Shown here one piece after another: positions 41,831 through 56,660 of a stretch of DNA of 64,000 nt. The DNA comes from Eledone cirrhosa (taxonomy: Eukaryota): positions 47,182,001 to 47,246,000 of the forward strand of contig OZ024750.1 in assembly GCA_964016885.1 (NCBI GenBank), written 5' to 3'. Every line of letters starts with the position of its first letter. Within the stretch, counting starts at the first letter, position 1. Under the pieces are notes generated by a model. The model was not told the origin of the DNA, made no database searches, and saw only the letters and a program-made list of their open reading frames with translations. Made by a program: the position numbers and the translations under genes.

Positions 41831-44800
41831 CATTTATGTGTATGTATAATGAAAATACACTTTGATGTGTCGTTATATCAACTTATATGGTCACATTGTG
41901 TAGCGAGCTGCGCGCTGTGAATTCATGTGATTCAGTATCATTAATGTTCGTGAGGTTTCGTCTAATTACGCCGAGATTTTGAATAAACATTATTATTGTT
42001 TTGGCCTTTATAATTGTATATGTTATATGTGGTGGATCACAGTGGAAAATACTCACAGCAAGTCACTTCAATGTAAAGGAGTGAATGTTAGATGCATTTG
42101 AATATTATTTTGAAGTAAATATTTTGCTTACAATGAGATCGGCTGATTAATGTTTTGTAATTAAAATAATTCTAAATATTGCTATATGTATTGCTTCCTT
42201 ACTCGTTAGTTAACATGTTTAGACAAATAGCGGGTCGATTCTGTTCCCCGTTGAATGAATCTCTGTTTAGAGTTCGACCCTTCATAGATGAAGTTATAGC
42301 GACGTTGACATGACACACGGCAGATTCCGAGAAGTTAAAATCTGACTGAGCTCATCCCCGTATAGTTCGAAAATCTTAGATTTCATTCAGAGAAGAAGCT
42401 ATAAAAGGAGTGAGCAATATAGAATATTAAAGACATATAAATAAACTAACGACACAGAAACCAAATATCTTTCACTATAATACGAAATTATGAGTAGATA
42501 TTTTAAATTAAGATTTTATATTCAAACAATATACTTGAATTTCTGAAGACAAATTCTAAACATTGATGAAAGGTCCTTTTTCAGTGCAATTTATGAAGCT
42601 AATATCCAATGATAATCTAAACTGAATCAACGCTTCAACCATTTTATGTTACTATGCCTACTACATTCTCGTAATTCAATGGCTGGTTAAGATAAAATTC
42701 ACCAATTTACTGTCATAAAATAGCGAACATTTAGCCAGCTATCAAAATATGATATATCTATATTTTATGAACGTTTAACTAATGATAATGATTTCTTTCA
42801 CCAGTTAGGAACAACTGAATGATTTTTCAAAAGATACTTTTTTTCTGTTATATTATGCATTTTGTATTAAGTAATCGAGAAGATTTTATGTAATCTTTAT
42901 CATTGTGTCTTACATAATCGTAGACTTAGCAACAAACCTCTTCTTTATTCTATACAAAACGAATTACTTCTTTAAAATGATAGGTCTCTATTTAAATTAT
43001 AGCTTTGATTTAGTGTCTTGTGATATGGAACAAAAAACAAATTAGAAGTGAGAAAAGAGATTCCATTCTGAGAATAAATGATCGGTCACTATTAAAAGAC
43101 AATGAAAATAATTATATGTAAAAAGAAACTTAAAATAAAAGAAACATTAAACAGAAATGTATTATATTGGAGACAATTTAAAATACAGATTGAAGCTAGA
43201 CAATTTCCTGAAAGTTTTATTTCATTTTATAATTTCCATATAATTTAGAAAATTGTCCATTAATAGCTTCATCATTCTTACGAAACGCATATTTAAATTA
43301 ACGTCGGCTATTGCGTAGGAAAATGAAAATACTTCACACAACAGAAATGATACCATGCATATGTTGAAAAATATATATCATATGGCTGACTAAGCCGCTA
43401 GCTAATTCTCTTTTGTTATTTGACGTTTAATATTTGCTGCCAAATAGAGTTCTTTAATTATCTGTCTAAGATTTTGAAATACATGTTCTGTATCGCTGCG
43501 CTTCGAGTTCAAATTGCAATAAGGAAAGAATTCGATGATGGACGATTAAAGATTCTTGAAAGTGCAGAACTCTAAGAAATTCGGAGAAAATGCCTTTCGG
43601 TATTCGTTTCAGATCTTTGCTCTCTCTGATTTTAACTTTGCCTTTCATCCTTTAATAAGGTAACTCTCTGGTATTAGGGCCGATTCTCCTATGTGTTGCA
43701 CTCCTTATATATATTTATTAATATATACTCTCTTAACTTAGGTTCTTTTTTAGAGTCACGCTCGAGTTACTTTTTTCAAATATGTTTTCCATTCTTTGCC
43801 TTTTATTAAAGCATCTTCTGTCATGTCTCCTTAGCTGTTCTACTTTTCCAAGCTATTATTCATTATTTCTTATTCCATCCTTCTTTCGACACACGTCACA
43901 CTCTTTCAGCTAACATCAGTGTGTTTATTTACCATAATCCTACCAAATTTCAACTTGAAATGATTTAGCCTTATTTTTTTTCTATTTATTTTTTCTCATT
44001 ACAGTCCGTCTCTGGCCAACTATTGACATTCATTATTTCACCTTACTACACTTGCTTTGCGTTCATTTTAATCCGTTTACCTTCCCTTATATATTGTCTT
44101 CCTCCTTTACATATCAGCCATGAAATATTACTGGTTTTCTCCCGACTCCACAAACACAGTGTTGCTTTCTCCACCAGATCACGTTCAGCTGAAAGTGAAA
44201 TCTCCATTTAACGTTGGGAGAATTCCCTTCTCTTTAATAAACATTAGCATTAATGTCGAACTTTATTTTCCTGACATTAGCTCCGTTTGCTGATAAAAAA
44301 TAAAATGTCAATTCAGCAAAACAGAGTACTTAATAGTAGGCGACCAAGCGTCTAGTATCAGTAGTGATGCAGAGAGCATATCAAGTTGACCGTGTTAATA
44401 TATTTCCCATAGAGTGGCGAGAAGAGTGACAACAAATTTCCCTACGGGATGCCCAATTTTCTGAAGTAATTTACACCCTTCACTTGGTATCCATTCAGTA
44501 GAATGCATATAAATGAAGTCATACAAATTAAAATAACATAAGAAAAAAAAACATTTCCAATTTAAATAGTGAAGAATTATATTCTGCTATGGTAGCTTAG
44601 CCATACGCCAGCCATGATCAACTAAATTATTATGAAATGCACTGCACCCCCATCATAGTGTTCATTGAGATTTCTTGCTGAATTTGCGCATTATGTCGTA
44701 AATGAAACTATAGAATGGGATTTAAGGGAAATTTCGCTGCTATTATAACGAGCAGCGTATTGCCTGAAACAAGAGAGCACCTGATGAAATGTCTCAAGAT

Positions 44801-46484
44801 TGATTTCGGTTGCCTTCAATCTAACTTCAAAGCCAGCCGACGTCTACTCAATGTTTCATCTCTTCCTGACTAACAACTAAAATAACAGAAGCTGTGCAAT
44901 GGGTTAGAGAAATTATTAGAGTCAGACAATATGCTGTTCAGTATCCGATTCGACTCTGTGCATTTTGTATTCAAACCTCCCTCATTGTGTTATTGTTTAC
45001 ACTTAGATACAAAATAAGGAAATAGTTTGTTGGGCCAGACCATGGAAACAACGTTTCAGTTAGTTTTTCAATTGTGTATTCTATAAATCTCGTTCAATGT
45101 GCGGCAGAATGAGCCACGTGATAAAAAGAAAATGTGTTGACCTATAACACGCCACACGGGATCATTCACCAATCGAACCGACGTCATTACGGTCGTAAGT
45201 CCAAAACCCTTATTTCTAGACCACATGCCTTTACAGTAGCTAGGTTATGCATCAATAATGTTACCATCACTACTACGATCTCCAATGTTGCCTCTCTCCA
45301 GATATATTAAGGAAACAAAAGAAAACATTCGTCAGCAAATCGTCCAAAGTTACATGTAAAATATTGGTTATAGACTAGTGATATATAGTTGCAATAAAAT
45401 AGTGAAAGTCACATATCTGAGATTTCTCCCAATATAAAATATACCGTAGACGAACTGTGGTTTTCATAAATGCTCTTTAGTGAAGAAACACATTTAACGT
45501 TAAAGTATACAGGATGGATATTACCAGACAATGTTTGCTCTGGGCATGTAATCAGACACCAATTTATTATTACATCTAGCAACCAGACACCCCAAAAGTC
45601 ATTCATTTTATAGCAGCATTTAAAAGTAATACTAGTTTCTTTAGACTAGTCTAATAATTTCGCAAATAGAAAACTAAAGAATGCTTGACAATTTAGCCAT
45701 ACAATATCAGCAAATTGGAAAGTAAGCTGCTATAGAGTATCTACGTTAGTTTCCTAATGAAACCATTTTTTACATTAGCAATGAGGAGATTAACAATCAC
45801 ACTTAAATGTACTTGTTTTCTTCAGTTACAGACGTAACATATTATGAAGTAATGGACTTATTTATGAAAAGTAATATGCCAGCATGAGTACTTCTCGGAG
45901 AAATTGTGGCATTCGAAAATAAGCAATACAAAATACAACGTATAATGAAGTAAAAACTACACGAAATATGTTGCGAGTTCTATCAAAATAATGAATGATG
46001 TGCATTAAATGTAATATAAATGATACAGAATGTGAATGAATATGTCATAATGGTTAAGTTGTTAAGATCATGATCATTAAGTCTTCAGTTCAATGCAGAG
46101 CACGCCTCATACCGCTTTTCTCAGCAATGCCATTCATTTCATGTTCCCACAACTGAAAAGTTATTGTAGTAAGAGATGGAATGGCTCTAGCCATGCTAAA
46201 TATCGACGTGAAGTCTATGTGGTTACCTCGTTGCATCCAGTCGCTTAGTGACCAATAAGCTATGATAGCAGTAATTGTCGTGGGAAGAACGTCAATACAT
46301 TGTGATATTTTCTGATTCTTCTACGCCAAATGATACAAATAATTCAGCATGGTGATATTGTATTTAATGTGACCTCTTCAAAATCGTATACTACTGTGGC
46401 GTGCCGGATATAACGGATAGCGTAATTTGTTAAATAATTATAATTTGTTCGGTGATTATAATCAGACATTATTTCGTCTGAAAT

Positions 46485-46669
46485 GGGCGGTGGATTGGCA
46501 GTATCGGTAGAGTGTCGGACGCCATGCTTTCCAGCATAGTTACGTCCCTTTACGATCTGAGTTCAAATTCCGCCGAGGTTGACTTTGCCTTTCATCCTTA
46601 CGGGGTCGATAAAATAAAGTACCAGTAATGCACTGGGTAATTGCTGGCCTTGTGCCTAAAGTAGAAACA
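46485..46669 (+). mobile_element. Full-length young SINE with 16-bp TSD
   Basis: TSD attatttcgtctgaaa at 46468-46483 and 46670-46685. Confidence 0.93.
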
Positions 46670-46974
46670 ATTATTTCGTCTGAAACTTAGTTATTCTAAA
46701 ACCCCTTTTCCTCGACAGTAAATAAGAATACATAAGAACAAATAACTTCTTTCAATACACATTCCTCTTCTGTATATTTTCAACATACTAAAAAACTTTT
46801 TCTTGGTTTTATCGGAAACAAACTTTGTATAAGCATAATTACTAATAATTACTCTCATTAGATAATCTTGCTATCATTAAAGATCATTGAATATTAATTT
46901 GCTATTTTGTAATGGGCAGCATTTTCCAGGAAATATGAACCGTGATAAGGGAAATATGATCTTCTACTTCTACA

Positions 46975-47345
46975 TTTTCTTCTTCTTCACCTACTTATTT
47001 CAGAAGCAACCCTTTTTGTGACTGTTGCGACTGGATCGGCAAGGGAGACCAGTGAAGCTCATAAATGTTATCCAACTATCTTGTTCGAAATCTACCCCTG
47101 GGTCTCCTGCTGGTTGGATTTGCCCTGCAAATCTGTCCAGGGATACTTTCCTGAGATATTCTAACAATATGTTCATACTATCAGAGCAGTGATCTCGCAA
47201 TTTGGCGGAGTAACGAATCTACCTGGAGTGACTCTCTGAACTCCGAGATACGTAATCTATCAAATAACGTTACGCCAAAGACCCTTTGGAGGAACGCCAT
47301 TACGGCCGATTGTATTCGAAATCGTATTCTGTCAGTCATTAGTTT
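46975..47345 (-). mobile_element. RTE-like LINE 3' fragment
   Basis: RIQSAVMAFLQRVFGVTLFDRLRISEFRESLQV..LLRQI resembles RTE IQAAEM.FLRR..GVT..DR.R motif; (GAA)-rich tail. Confidence 0.7.
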
Positions 47346-47605
47346 TTCCAAATTAAAGGATGAGTATTTAAACTTTATTTTATTCAGAGTTAAGGGTCTA
47401 TTGGTTTTTACCTGGATTTCACAAAATTCTGTGGATAAATTCATGTCTTGATTTTTTTGAAGTGAGTTTGAATTATTTACCCACATCTTACGTTAATTAT
47501 TTTTCCATTTTGACGTTTTAGTCACTTATATATTATGAAATACTGTTGGCTTCACGCTCACAATAGTTTCTATACTTTCATATATATAATATATATTATA
47601 TACAT

Positions 47606-47721
<116 letters not shown>

Positions 47722-47732
47722 ATATATAAATA

Positions 47733-47776
<44 letters not shown>

Positions 47777-47803
47777 TATATAAATATATATAAATATATA
47801 TAA

Positions 47804-47863
<60 letters not shown>

Positions 47864-47934
47864 ATATATATATATATATAAATATATATATATAAATAAA
47901 CATATATATATATATATATATAAATAAATATATA

Positions 47935-47972
<38 letters not shown>

Positions 47973-48054
47973 CATATATATATTTATATAAATATATATG
48001 TTTATATATATATATATATATAAATATATAAATATATATATATATATGTATATA

Positions 48055-48120
<66 letters not shown>

Positions 48121-48139
48121 TATATAAATATATATATAA

Positions 48140-48249
<110 letters not shown>

Positions 48250-48255
48250 CTATAT

Positions 48256-48421
<166 letters not shown>

Positions 48422-48609
48422 CCTTCTATGTTGTTTACTTGTCTGACGCGCTTTACGCGATTTACTTGTCCCAATAGATTTTTGTAGTTATTGCTCGCAC
48501 CAATCTGCTGCGCTGAAATATCAATGATGGTTGGCAAATCACTAACGAATGACTAATTTTATCATATGTACCCCATGTGTAACCACGCAGTATTCTTCTT
48601 TCTTCTCAT

Positions 48610-48666
<57 letters not shown>

Positions 48667-48683
48667 TATATAAATATGTATAT

Positions 48684-48714
<31 letters not shown>

Positions 48715-48849
48715 AATATATATAAATATGTATATATATATATATATAAATATATATAAATATGTATATATATATATATAAATATATATAAATATGTATA
48801 TATATATATATATAAATATATATAAATATGTATATATATATATATATAA

Positions 48850-49056
<207 letters not shown>

Positions 49057-49269
49057 TATATATATAAATATATGTAGATAAATCTACCAAGAGTTTACGG
49101 TAGTGTCCAACCCGTATGAAGAACTCAATGTAATCCGGATATCATGGAAAGAAGAGATGCAATGAAAAATCACTTTCGGTGAAAGTTAACGGAATACAGA
49201 GTCTAGATAAAATATTTAAAAAATAATGAATAAAACAATGAAACAGTTCCTTATGTTAAACAAAAAAAG

Positions 49270-49423
49270 TTCATTATTTAACGATCGTTTCTGGGATATA
49301 TATGTGTTAGAATTGGCATGTATATTTAACAGATCTATGTACAAAATTATACAAAATTATACAAACTATCAAAATTAAATATACATACCAACTCATATAT
49401 ATGCCGTCTTCAGAAATAATGAA
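49270..49423 (-). ncRNA. Type I hammerhead with 115-nt extended stem II
   Basis: Minus: ttcattattt-CTGAAGA-[115-nt hairpin]-GAAA-cgatcg-TT-aaataatgaa; perfect 10-bp stem I, palindromic ACGATCGT stem III. Confidence 0.72.
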
Positions 49424-50027
49424 ATATATTTATTGATAATAACAACAATTCAAAATTCCAGGTCTGTTTGGGAACAGAGTTCAAATTGACCAATGGAAAC
49501 ACAACAAGTTTATACAGTTAGGTGTGTGTATATATGTAAGTAACATCGTTCACAGATATGCATACAAATATATGTTCACATGCATACGCATGCCGAAAAG
49601 ATGTATGTACATACAAAAATTCAGGGCTAATGTCTCTGTATGTTTATAATCTACAGATAAAATACATATACGCATATAAATATAAAAATAAATATATACA
49701 CATTCATATACTCACACATATACATACATTCACACACACACGCGCATATACGCATAAACACACAACCACGAACATACATACACACACACACTCCCACACA
49801 CATATATGTGTATATACAATTTCCATAAGCATATGGACATTAATGCGCGCACATAGACACTGCCACACATATTTAGATCCAGATACAGAAAGTAGGTGTG
49901 GGGGGGGAGAGGTCAGTATTTACTGGTGTCAGCAAACTGCCTATTTATAAATGTATCTATAAATTTAGAGAGAAAAAGAAAAAGAAAAAGAAAAAGAAAA
50001 AGAAAAAGAAAAAAGAAAAATATTAAG

Positions 50028-50084
<57 letters not shown>

Positions 50085-50334
50085 AAGTAAAATATAAAAT
50101 ATACATCGATACACATACATATATATATATATATACATTCATATACATACACATATACATAAACACATACATACACATACATATACATACACACACCATA
50201 TATATACACATTCACATACACACACGCGCATACATATAGAGACACATATATATACACATATAAATACATAGACATATACATATATACACACATATATATA
50301 TATATACACACATACATATATACATACATTCACA

Positions 50335-50382
<48 letters not shown>

Positions 50383-50583
50383 ATACACACATACATAAAT
50401 ACACTCATGTATATACACATATACACATACATACCTACACATATATATATATATATGTGAAGAAAAACATAGAATATTCGAGAATATTCTGTATGTTTAT
50501 AATAAACATTTTGAAGACCTAATCGCTATAGAATAGAATACGTCACGTATTACAATTTGAGATTCTCGATAAAAGCAAGGGAA

Positions 50584-50626
50584 GTAACCTACGCGTTTCA
50601 TTCTTATTTGAAATCATCAGGATTAC
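50584..50626 (-). ncRNA. Minimal type I HHR (312-bp family; first of five tandem copies)
   Basis: Minus: gtaatc-CTGATGA-tttc(aaataa)gaat-GAAA-cgcg-TA-ggttac; palindromic ACGCGT stem III. Confidence 0.85.
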
Positions 50627-52003
50627 ATATCCAATGCTTTTATCGAGAATGACACAGCTAGAGACTTATAGAATACTTAGCTGTGTACATGAACTGGTTT
50701 GAAAGAGCGGTTGCCGGTCCGGCAGAAATTAGAATTTGGATTTAATGCTCTGAAATAGCGATATATATGTGAAGAAAAACATAGAATATTCGAGAATATT
50801 CTGTATGTTTATAATAAACATTTTGAAGACCTAATCGCTATAGAATAGAATACGTCACGTATTACAATCTGAGATTCTCGATAAAAGCAAGGGAAGTAAC
50901 CTACGCGTTTCATTCTTATTTGAAATCATCAGGATTACATATCCAATGCTTTTATCGAGAATGACACAGCTAGAGACTTATAGAATACTTAGCTGTGTAC
51001 AGGAACTGGTTTGAAAGAGCGGTTGCCGGTCCGGCAGAAATTAGAATTTGGATTTAATGCTCTGAAATAGCGATATATATGTGAAGAAAAACATAGAATA
51101 TTCGAGAATATTCTGTATGTTTATAATAAACATTTTGAAGACCTAATCGCTAGAGAATAGAATACGTCACGTATTACAATCTGAGATTCTCGATAAAAGC
51201 AAGGGAAGTAACCTACGCGTTTCATTCTTATTTGAAATCATCAGGATTACATATCCAATGCTTTTATCGAGAATGACACAGCTAGAGACTTATAGAATAC
51301 TTAGCTGTGTACAGGAACTGGTTTGAAAGAGCGGTTGCCGGTCCGCCAGAAATTAGAATTTGGATTTAATGGTCTGAAATAGCGATATATATGTGGAGAA
51401 AAACATAGAATATTCGAGAATATTCTGTATGTTTATAATAAACATTTTGAAGACCTAATCGCTATAGAATAGAATACGTCACGTATTACAATTTGAGAGT
51501 CTCGATAAAAGCAAGGGAAGTAACCTACGCGTTTCATTCTTATTTGAAATCATCAGAATTACATATCCAATGCTTTTATCGAAAATGACACAGCTAGAGA
51601 CTTATAGAATACTTAGCTGTGTACAGGAACTGGTTTGAAAGAGCGGTTGCCGGTCCGGCAGAAATTAGAATTTGGATTTAATGCTCTGAAATAGCGATAT
51701 ATATGTGAAGAAAAACATAGAATATTCGAGAATATTCTGTATGTTTATAATAAACATTTTGAAGACCTAATCGCTATAGAATAGAATACGTCACGTATTA
51801 CACTTTGAGATTCTCGATAAAAGCAAGGGAAGTAACCTACGCGTTTCATTCTTATTTGAAATCATCAGGATTACATATCCAATGCTTTTATCGAGAATGA
51901 CACAGCTAGAGACTTATGGAATACTTAGCTGTGTACAGGAACTGGTTTGAAAGAGCGGTTGCCGGTCTCTAGCTGTGTCATTCTCGATAAAAGCATTGGA
52001 TAT

Positions 52004-52046
52004 GTAATCCTGATGATTTCAAATAAGAATGAAACGCGTAGGTTAC
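52004..52046 (+). ncRNA. Minimal type I HHR (312-bp family, inverted arm)
   Basis: gtaatc-CTGATGA-tttcaaataagaat-GAAA-cgcg-TA-ggttac. Confidence 0.85.
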
Positions 52047-52200
52047 TTCACTTGCTTTTATCGAGAATCTCAAATTGTAATACGTGACGTATTCTATTCC
52101 ATAGCGATTAGGTCTTCAAAATGTTTATTATAAACACACAGAATATTCACGAATATTCTATGTTTTTCTTCACATATATATCGCTATTTCAGAGCATTAA

Positions 52201-52287
<87 letters not shown>

Positions 52288-52324
52288 TGTACATATACAC
52301 AAAGATATATATATACACACACGC

Positions 52325-52400
<76 letters not shown>

Positions 52401-52833
52401 TATATATACATACATACATATATATACTCATACATATATACACACACACATACACACATACATATACGCATATATACACATAAATACACATCCATGTATG
52501 CGTATACACATACAAACACAACCACACGCTCACACAACACAGACATAGATAAATAAAGGGATATACATACACATATATACATATATAAATAGAGATATAT
52601 ATACACATATAAATATATACACACATACACACACACACTCATATACATACACATACATACATACATACATATACATACACACACACATATATATACATAT
52701 ATATGTATACATATATATACACATATATATAAAAATAAAGAAATAAAAGAATAAAAGAAATAAATAAATTAATTAATTAATACACCCAGTCAGACAAATA
52801 TGCACACACATACATATATATATATATATACAC

Positions 52834-52910
<77 letters not shown>

Positions 52911-52952
52911 CATATACATACATATATATATATACACATACACACATCAACT

Positions 52953-53003
<51 letters not shown>

Positions 53004-53127
53004 CACACACTCACATATACATGCACATATACGTACATATATACACATACACACATATACACATCAACGTATACATGCGCATACATATACATACACACAT
53101 ATACCCACATAAATACATAGATACATA

Positions 53128-53272
<145 letters not shown>

Positions 53273-53285
53273 TTATATATATATT

Positions 53286-53539
<254 letters not shown>

Positions 53540-53541
53540 TT

Positions 53542-55521
53542 CTCTTTTACTCTTTTACCTGTTTCAGCCATCCGGCTGAGGCCATGCTGGGGCACCGCCC
53601 TTGCTGCTACACACTTTATCTCCAGCCTGTATAGGTTGGCCACTGGTGTAGGAGGGAGTTTGTTGCTGCTGCCCTTAGGTTTCCCTCGTGTCTTGCTGTG
53701 GGCTCATCCGGGATCCTGGATAACAAGGTGTCGAGATGTTTCTTAAAGACATCCACCTCCACGTCATGCAAGTCTCGCAGATGCCTCGGCAGCCTGTTGA
53801 AGAGTTGAGGGCCCTTGAATCCCAGGCTATTGCAATACCTGCTCCTTATTCTAGATGTGGAAGACGGGACCTTTGGCACCACACAGTGACGTCCTGTTCG
53901 ACGGTTGGTCCAGCTCCCAATGCCAAAGTTTGGTGCTAGTCCCTCCAGGATTTTCCACATGTAGATCACTGCGTATCTCTCCCGTCTTCGCTCCAAGGAG
54001 TAGAGGTTCAGTTCCTTCAGCCTCTCCCAGTAGCTTGTCTCCCTCATCTTGGCAATCCTCTTGGTGTAGCTTCGCTGGATTGCCTCAAGCTCTGTGGTTA
54101 GTTTGACACTATGGGGTGACCACAGCTGGGAGCAGTAGTCCAGGCGGCTTAGGACAAAAGTCCTCCACAGTGTCAACATGGTGTCTCGATCTCTTGTAAG
54201 GAAAGTCCTCAAGATCCAGCCAGCGAATCGTCTACATGCTGTCGCCACCTTCATGATGTGTGAAGAAAAAGATGCATCATCGCTCATGTCTATGCCCAGG
54301 TCTCGTATCGATTTTGACACGGGGATATCGGTCCCTCCTGGTCCTGTGTAGCTGTGTTCCGCTATATTTGTGTTTGTGTTTGCAGGTTTGTATTGTAGGG
54401 CTTGGAATTTGCCAGCATTAAACTGCATGTTGTTTTCTTCCGCCCATCTGTATATGGCATCCAGATCCTGCTGTAAGAGGGCAGTGTCAGCCGGGTTTTT
54501 GATTGCCTGTGCTACCTTAGTGTCATCAGCATAGCTAGTGAGGGATGTTGTTGCATGCACCACAGAGGGCATGTCCGAGAGAGCCACCAAAAACAGTAGT
54601 GGTCCCAGGACTGTCCCCTGAGGCACCCCACTTGTTATCGGCGTTTCCCTCGAGAGAGCCCCATTTGCTGCGACTGCCTGGCTTCTGTCCCTCAGGAAGC
54701 CATGCAGCCACTCACCTACTTTTCCAGTTATGCCGAGTCCGTGTAGTTTGTGACATATCATTCCGTGGTCGACCTTGTCAAAGGCCTTCGCAAAGTCAAG
54801 ATATATCACGTCTACATGTGAGCTGTCTAGTAGCTGTCTCAGTACCCAGTCGTAGTGATGTAGCAGCTGTGTAAGGCAGCTTCTTCCTGGGCGGAAGCCA
54901 TGTTGCGTGCTAGTCAGGCGGTCATTTTCTTCGAGGAAAGTGATTAGTTTCTTTCTGACGACTCGCTCCATGACCTTACTGATATGCGACGTCAGGGAGA
55001 CTGGCCTATAGTTCTTGGCCTCCGCTCTACTACCTCCTTTATGGATAGGGCATATTGTGCCTTCTTTCAGCTCCCTGGGTAGTACACCGCTAGCCAAGGA
55101 GCTTCTGAAGAGCATCTTCAGTGGAGTTGCTAAGGCCCGCTTACATATTTTTAGGAGAACTGCTGGGAATCCATCAGGTCCAGCAGCCGAGTCTGTTCTA
55201 ATTTCATCAATGGCGTACACCACATCCTCCTCCGTTATGTCTATGTGGTTGATGGTTGCCATTTCTTGATGTAGTGTTGTGGCATCAAAGAACTCCTCTG
55301 GCTTCGTTATTTGCATGTGCCTCAGTGGACATGTGAAGACACTTTTGTACTGTTCATTCAGTATTTCACATATCTCTTGGGGATTTTCGGTTAATGAACC
55401 GTCCGTGTGGAAGAGTGGTCCAATCTTGCAGTGTACTGAGGCAGTTTCTTTTGCAAATTTAAAGAAGGCCTTAGGGTTTGTTTTAATGTTTTCTATGGCC
55501 CTGTTCTCTTTCCTTGCCCTC
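53542..55521 (-). mobile_element. 5'-truncated CR1-group LINE with uninterrupted RT frame, inserted in (TA)n
   Basis: Frame open from ~55520 to 53616: [80 protein letters not shown]; 3' tail (GTAAAAGA)2. Confidence 0.93.
53616..55316 (-). CDS. LINE ORF2 reverse transcriptase domain (partial, endonuclease lost by truncation)
   Basis: 566-aa ORF with all non-LTR RT motifs. Confidence 0.9.
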   Translation of the reverse strand: MQITKPEEFFDATTLHQEMATINHIDITEEDVVYAIDEIRTDSAAGPDGFPAVLLKICKRALATPLKMLFRSSLASGVLPRELKEGTICPIHKGGSRAEAKNYRPVSLTSHISKVMERVVRKKLITFLEENDRLTSTQHGFRPGRSCLTQLLHHYDWVLRQLLDSSHVDVIYLDFAKAFDKVDHGMICHKLHGLGITGKVGEWLHGFLRDRSQAVAANGALSRETPITSGVPQGTVLGPLLFLVALSDMPSVVHATTSLTSYADDTKVAQAIKNPADTALLQQDLDAIYRWAEENNMQFNAGKFQALQYKPANTNTNIAEHSYTGPGGTDIPVSKSIRDLGIDMSDDASFSSHIMKVATACRRFAGWILRTFLTRDRDTMLTLWRTFVLSRLDYCSQLWSPHSVKLTTELEAIQRSYTKRIAKMRETSYWERLKELNLYSLERRRERYAVIYMWKILEGLAPNFGIGSWTNRRTGRHCVVPKVPSSTSRIRSRYCNSLGFKGPQLFNRLPRHLRDLHDVEVDVFKKHLDTLLSRIPDEPTARHEGNLRAAATNSLLHQWPTYTGWR

Positions 55522-55525
55522 TATA

Positions 55526-55809
<284 letters not shown>

Positions 55810-55810
55810 C

Positions 55811-56160
<350 letters not shown>

Positions 56161-56373
56161 CGTTTCTGAATTTGTTTAGCAAGATTCTTTATCTGAAATC
56201 GTGTGTTGAAACTGATATTGTTATACTTTGGGAGGGTCATGTTGCCAATAAGAAACACACGCACCAGTTGCTTTCACTTCAATTTAATTTAATATATATT
56301 TATAAATTTACAAATTTATAAATTTCTGGTTGGTTGGTTGGTTCCACAACCAGATAGTTGTTTATATATATAT

Positions 56374-56418
56374 AGTCATAGTTCTTTCGTCACACACTCT
56401 GTGACCTCTTCAGTGACT
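56374..56418 (-). ncRNA. Minimal type I HHR in Penelope pLTR
   Basis: Reverse complement of 60553-60597. Confidence 0.78.
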
Positions 56419-56660
56419 GGGGATTTCTTTCTTCGTTTCTGTGCCTTTCCTTTCTTCTATCCTACGCCATTTTGTTTGTGTGTGGGTTGCGTGCTCAGTT
56501 TGCGCATGCGCCACATCCGGGTGTCTGTGTGTGTTTGTGTTCATTTTTCTATTTTTCTATTTATATTTGTTTGTTTATTTATTTATTTATTGTTGGTTGG
56601 TTGTTTGTTCTATGTGTGTGTGTGTTTTCATTTTGTCTTGTGTGCGTTTTCATTTTGTCC

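Larger units (their letters stand above)
50451..52201. mobile_element. Retrozyme-like tandem array, 312-bp monomer x ~4.9 plus ~235-bp inverted arm
   Basis: Unit starts 50457/50769/51081/51393/51705; inversion at 51965-51967; HHRs on minus at 50584, 50896, 51208, 51520, 51832 and on plus at 52004. Confidence 0.92.

Noticed and set aside
43900-44220. Possible RT remnant on minus strand
   Set aside because: Too degraded to identify any motif reliably
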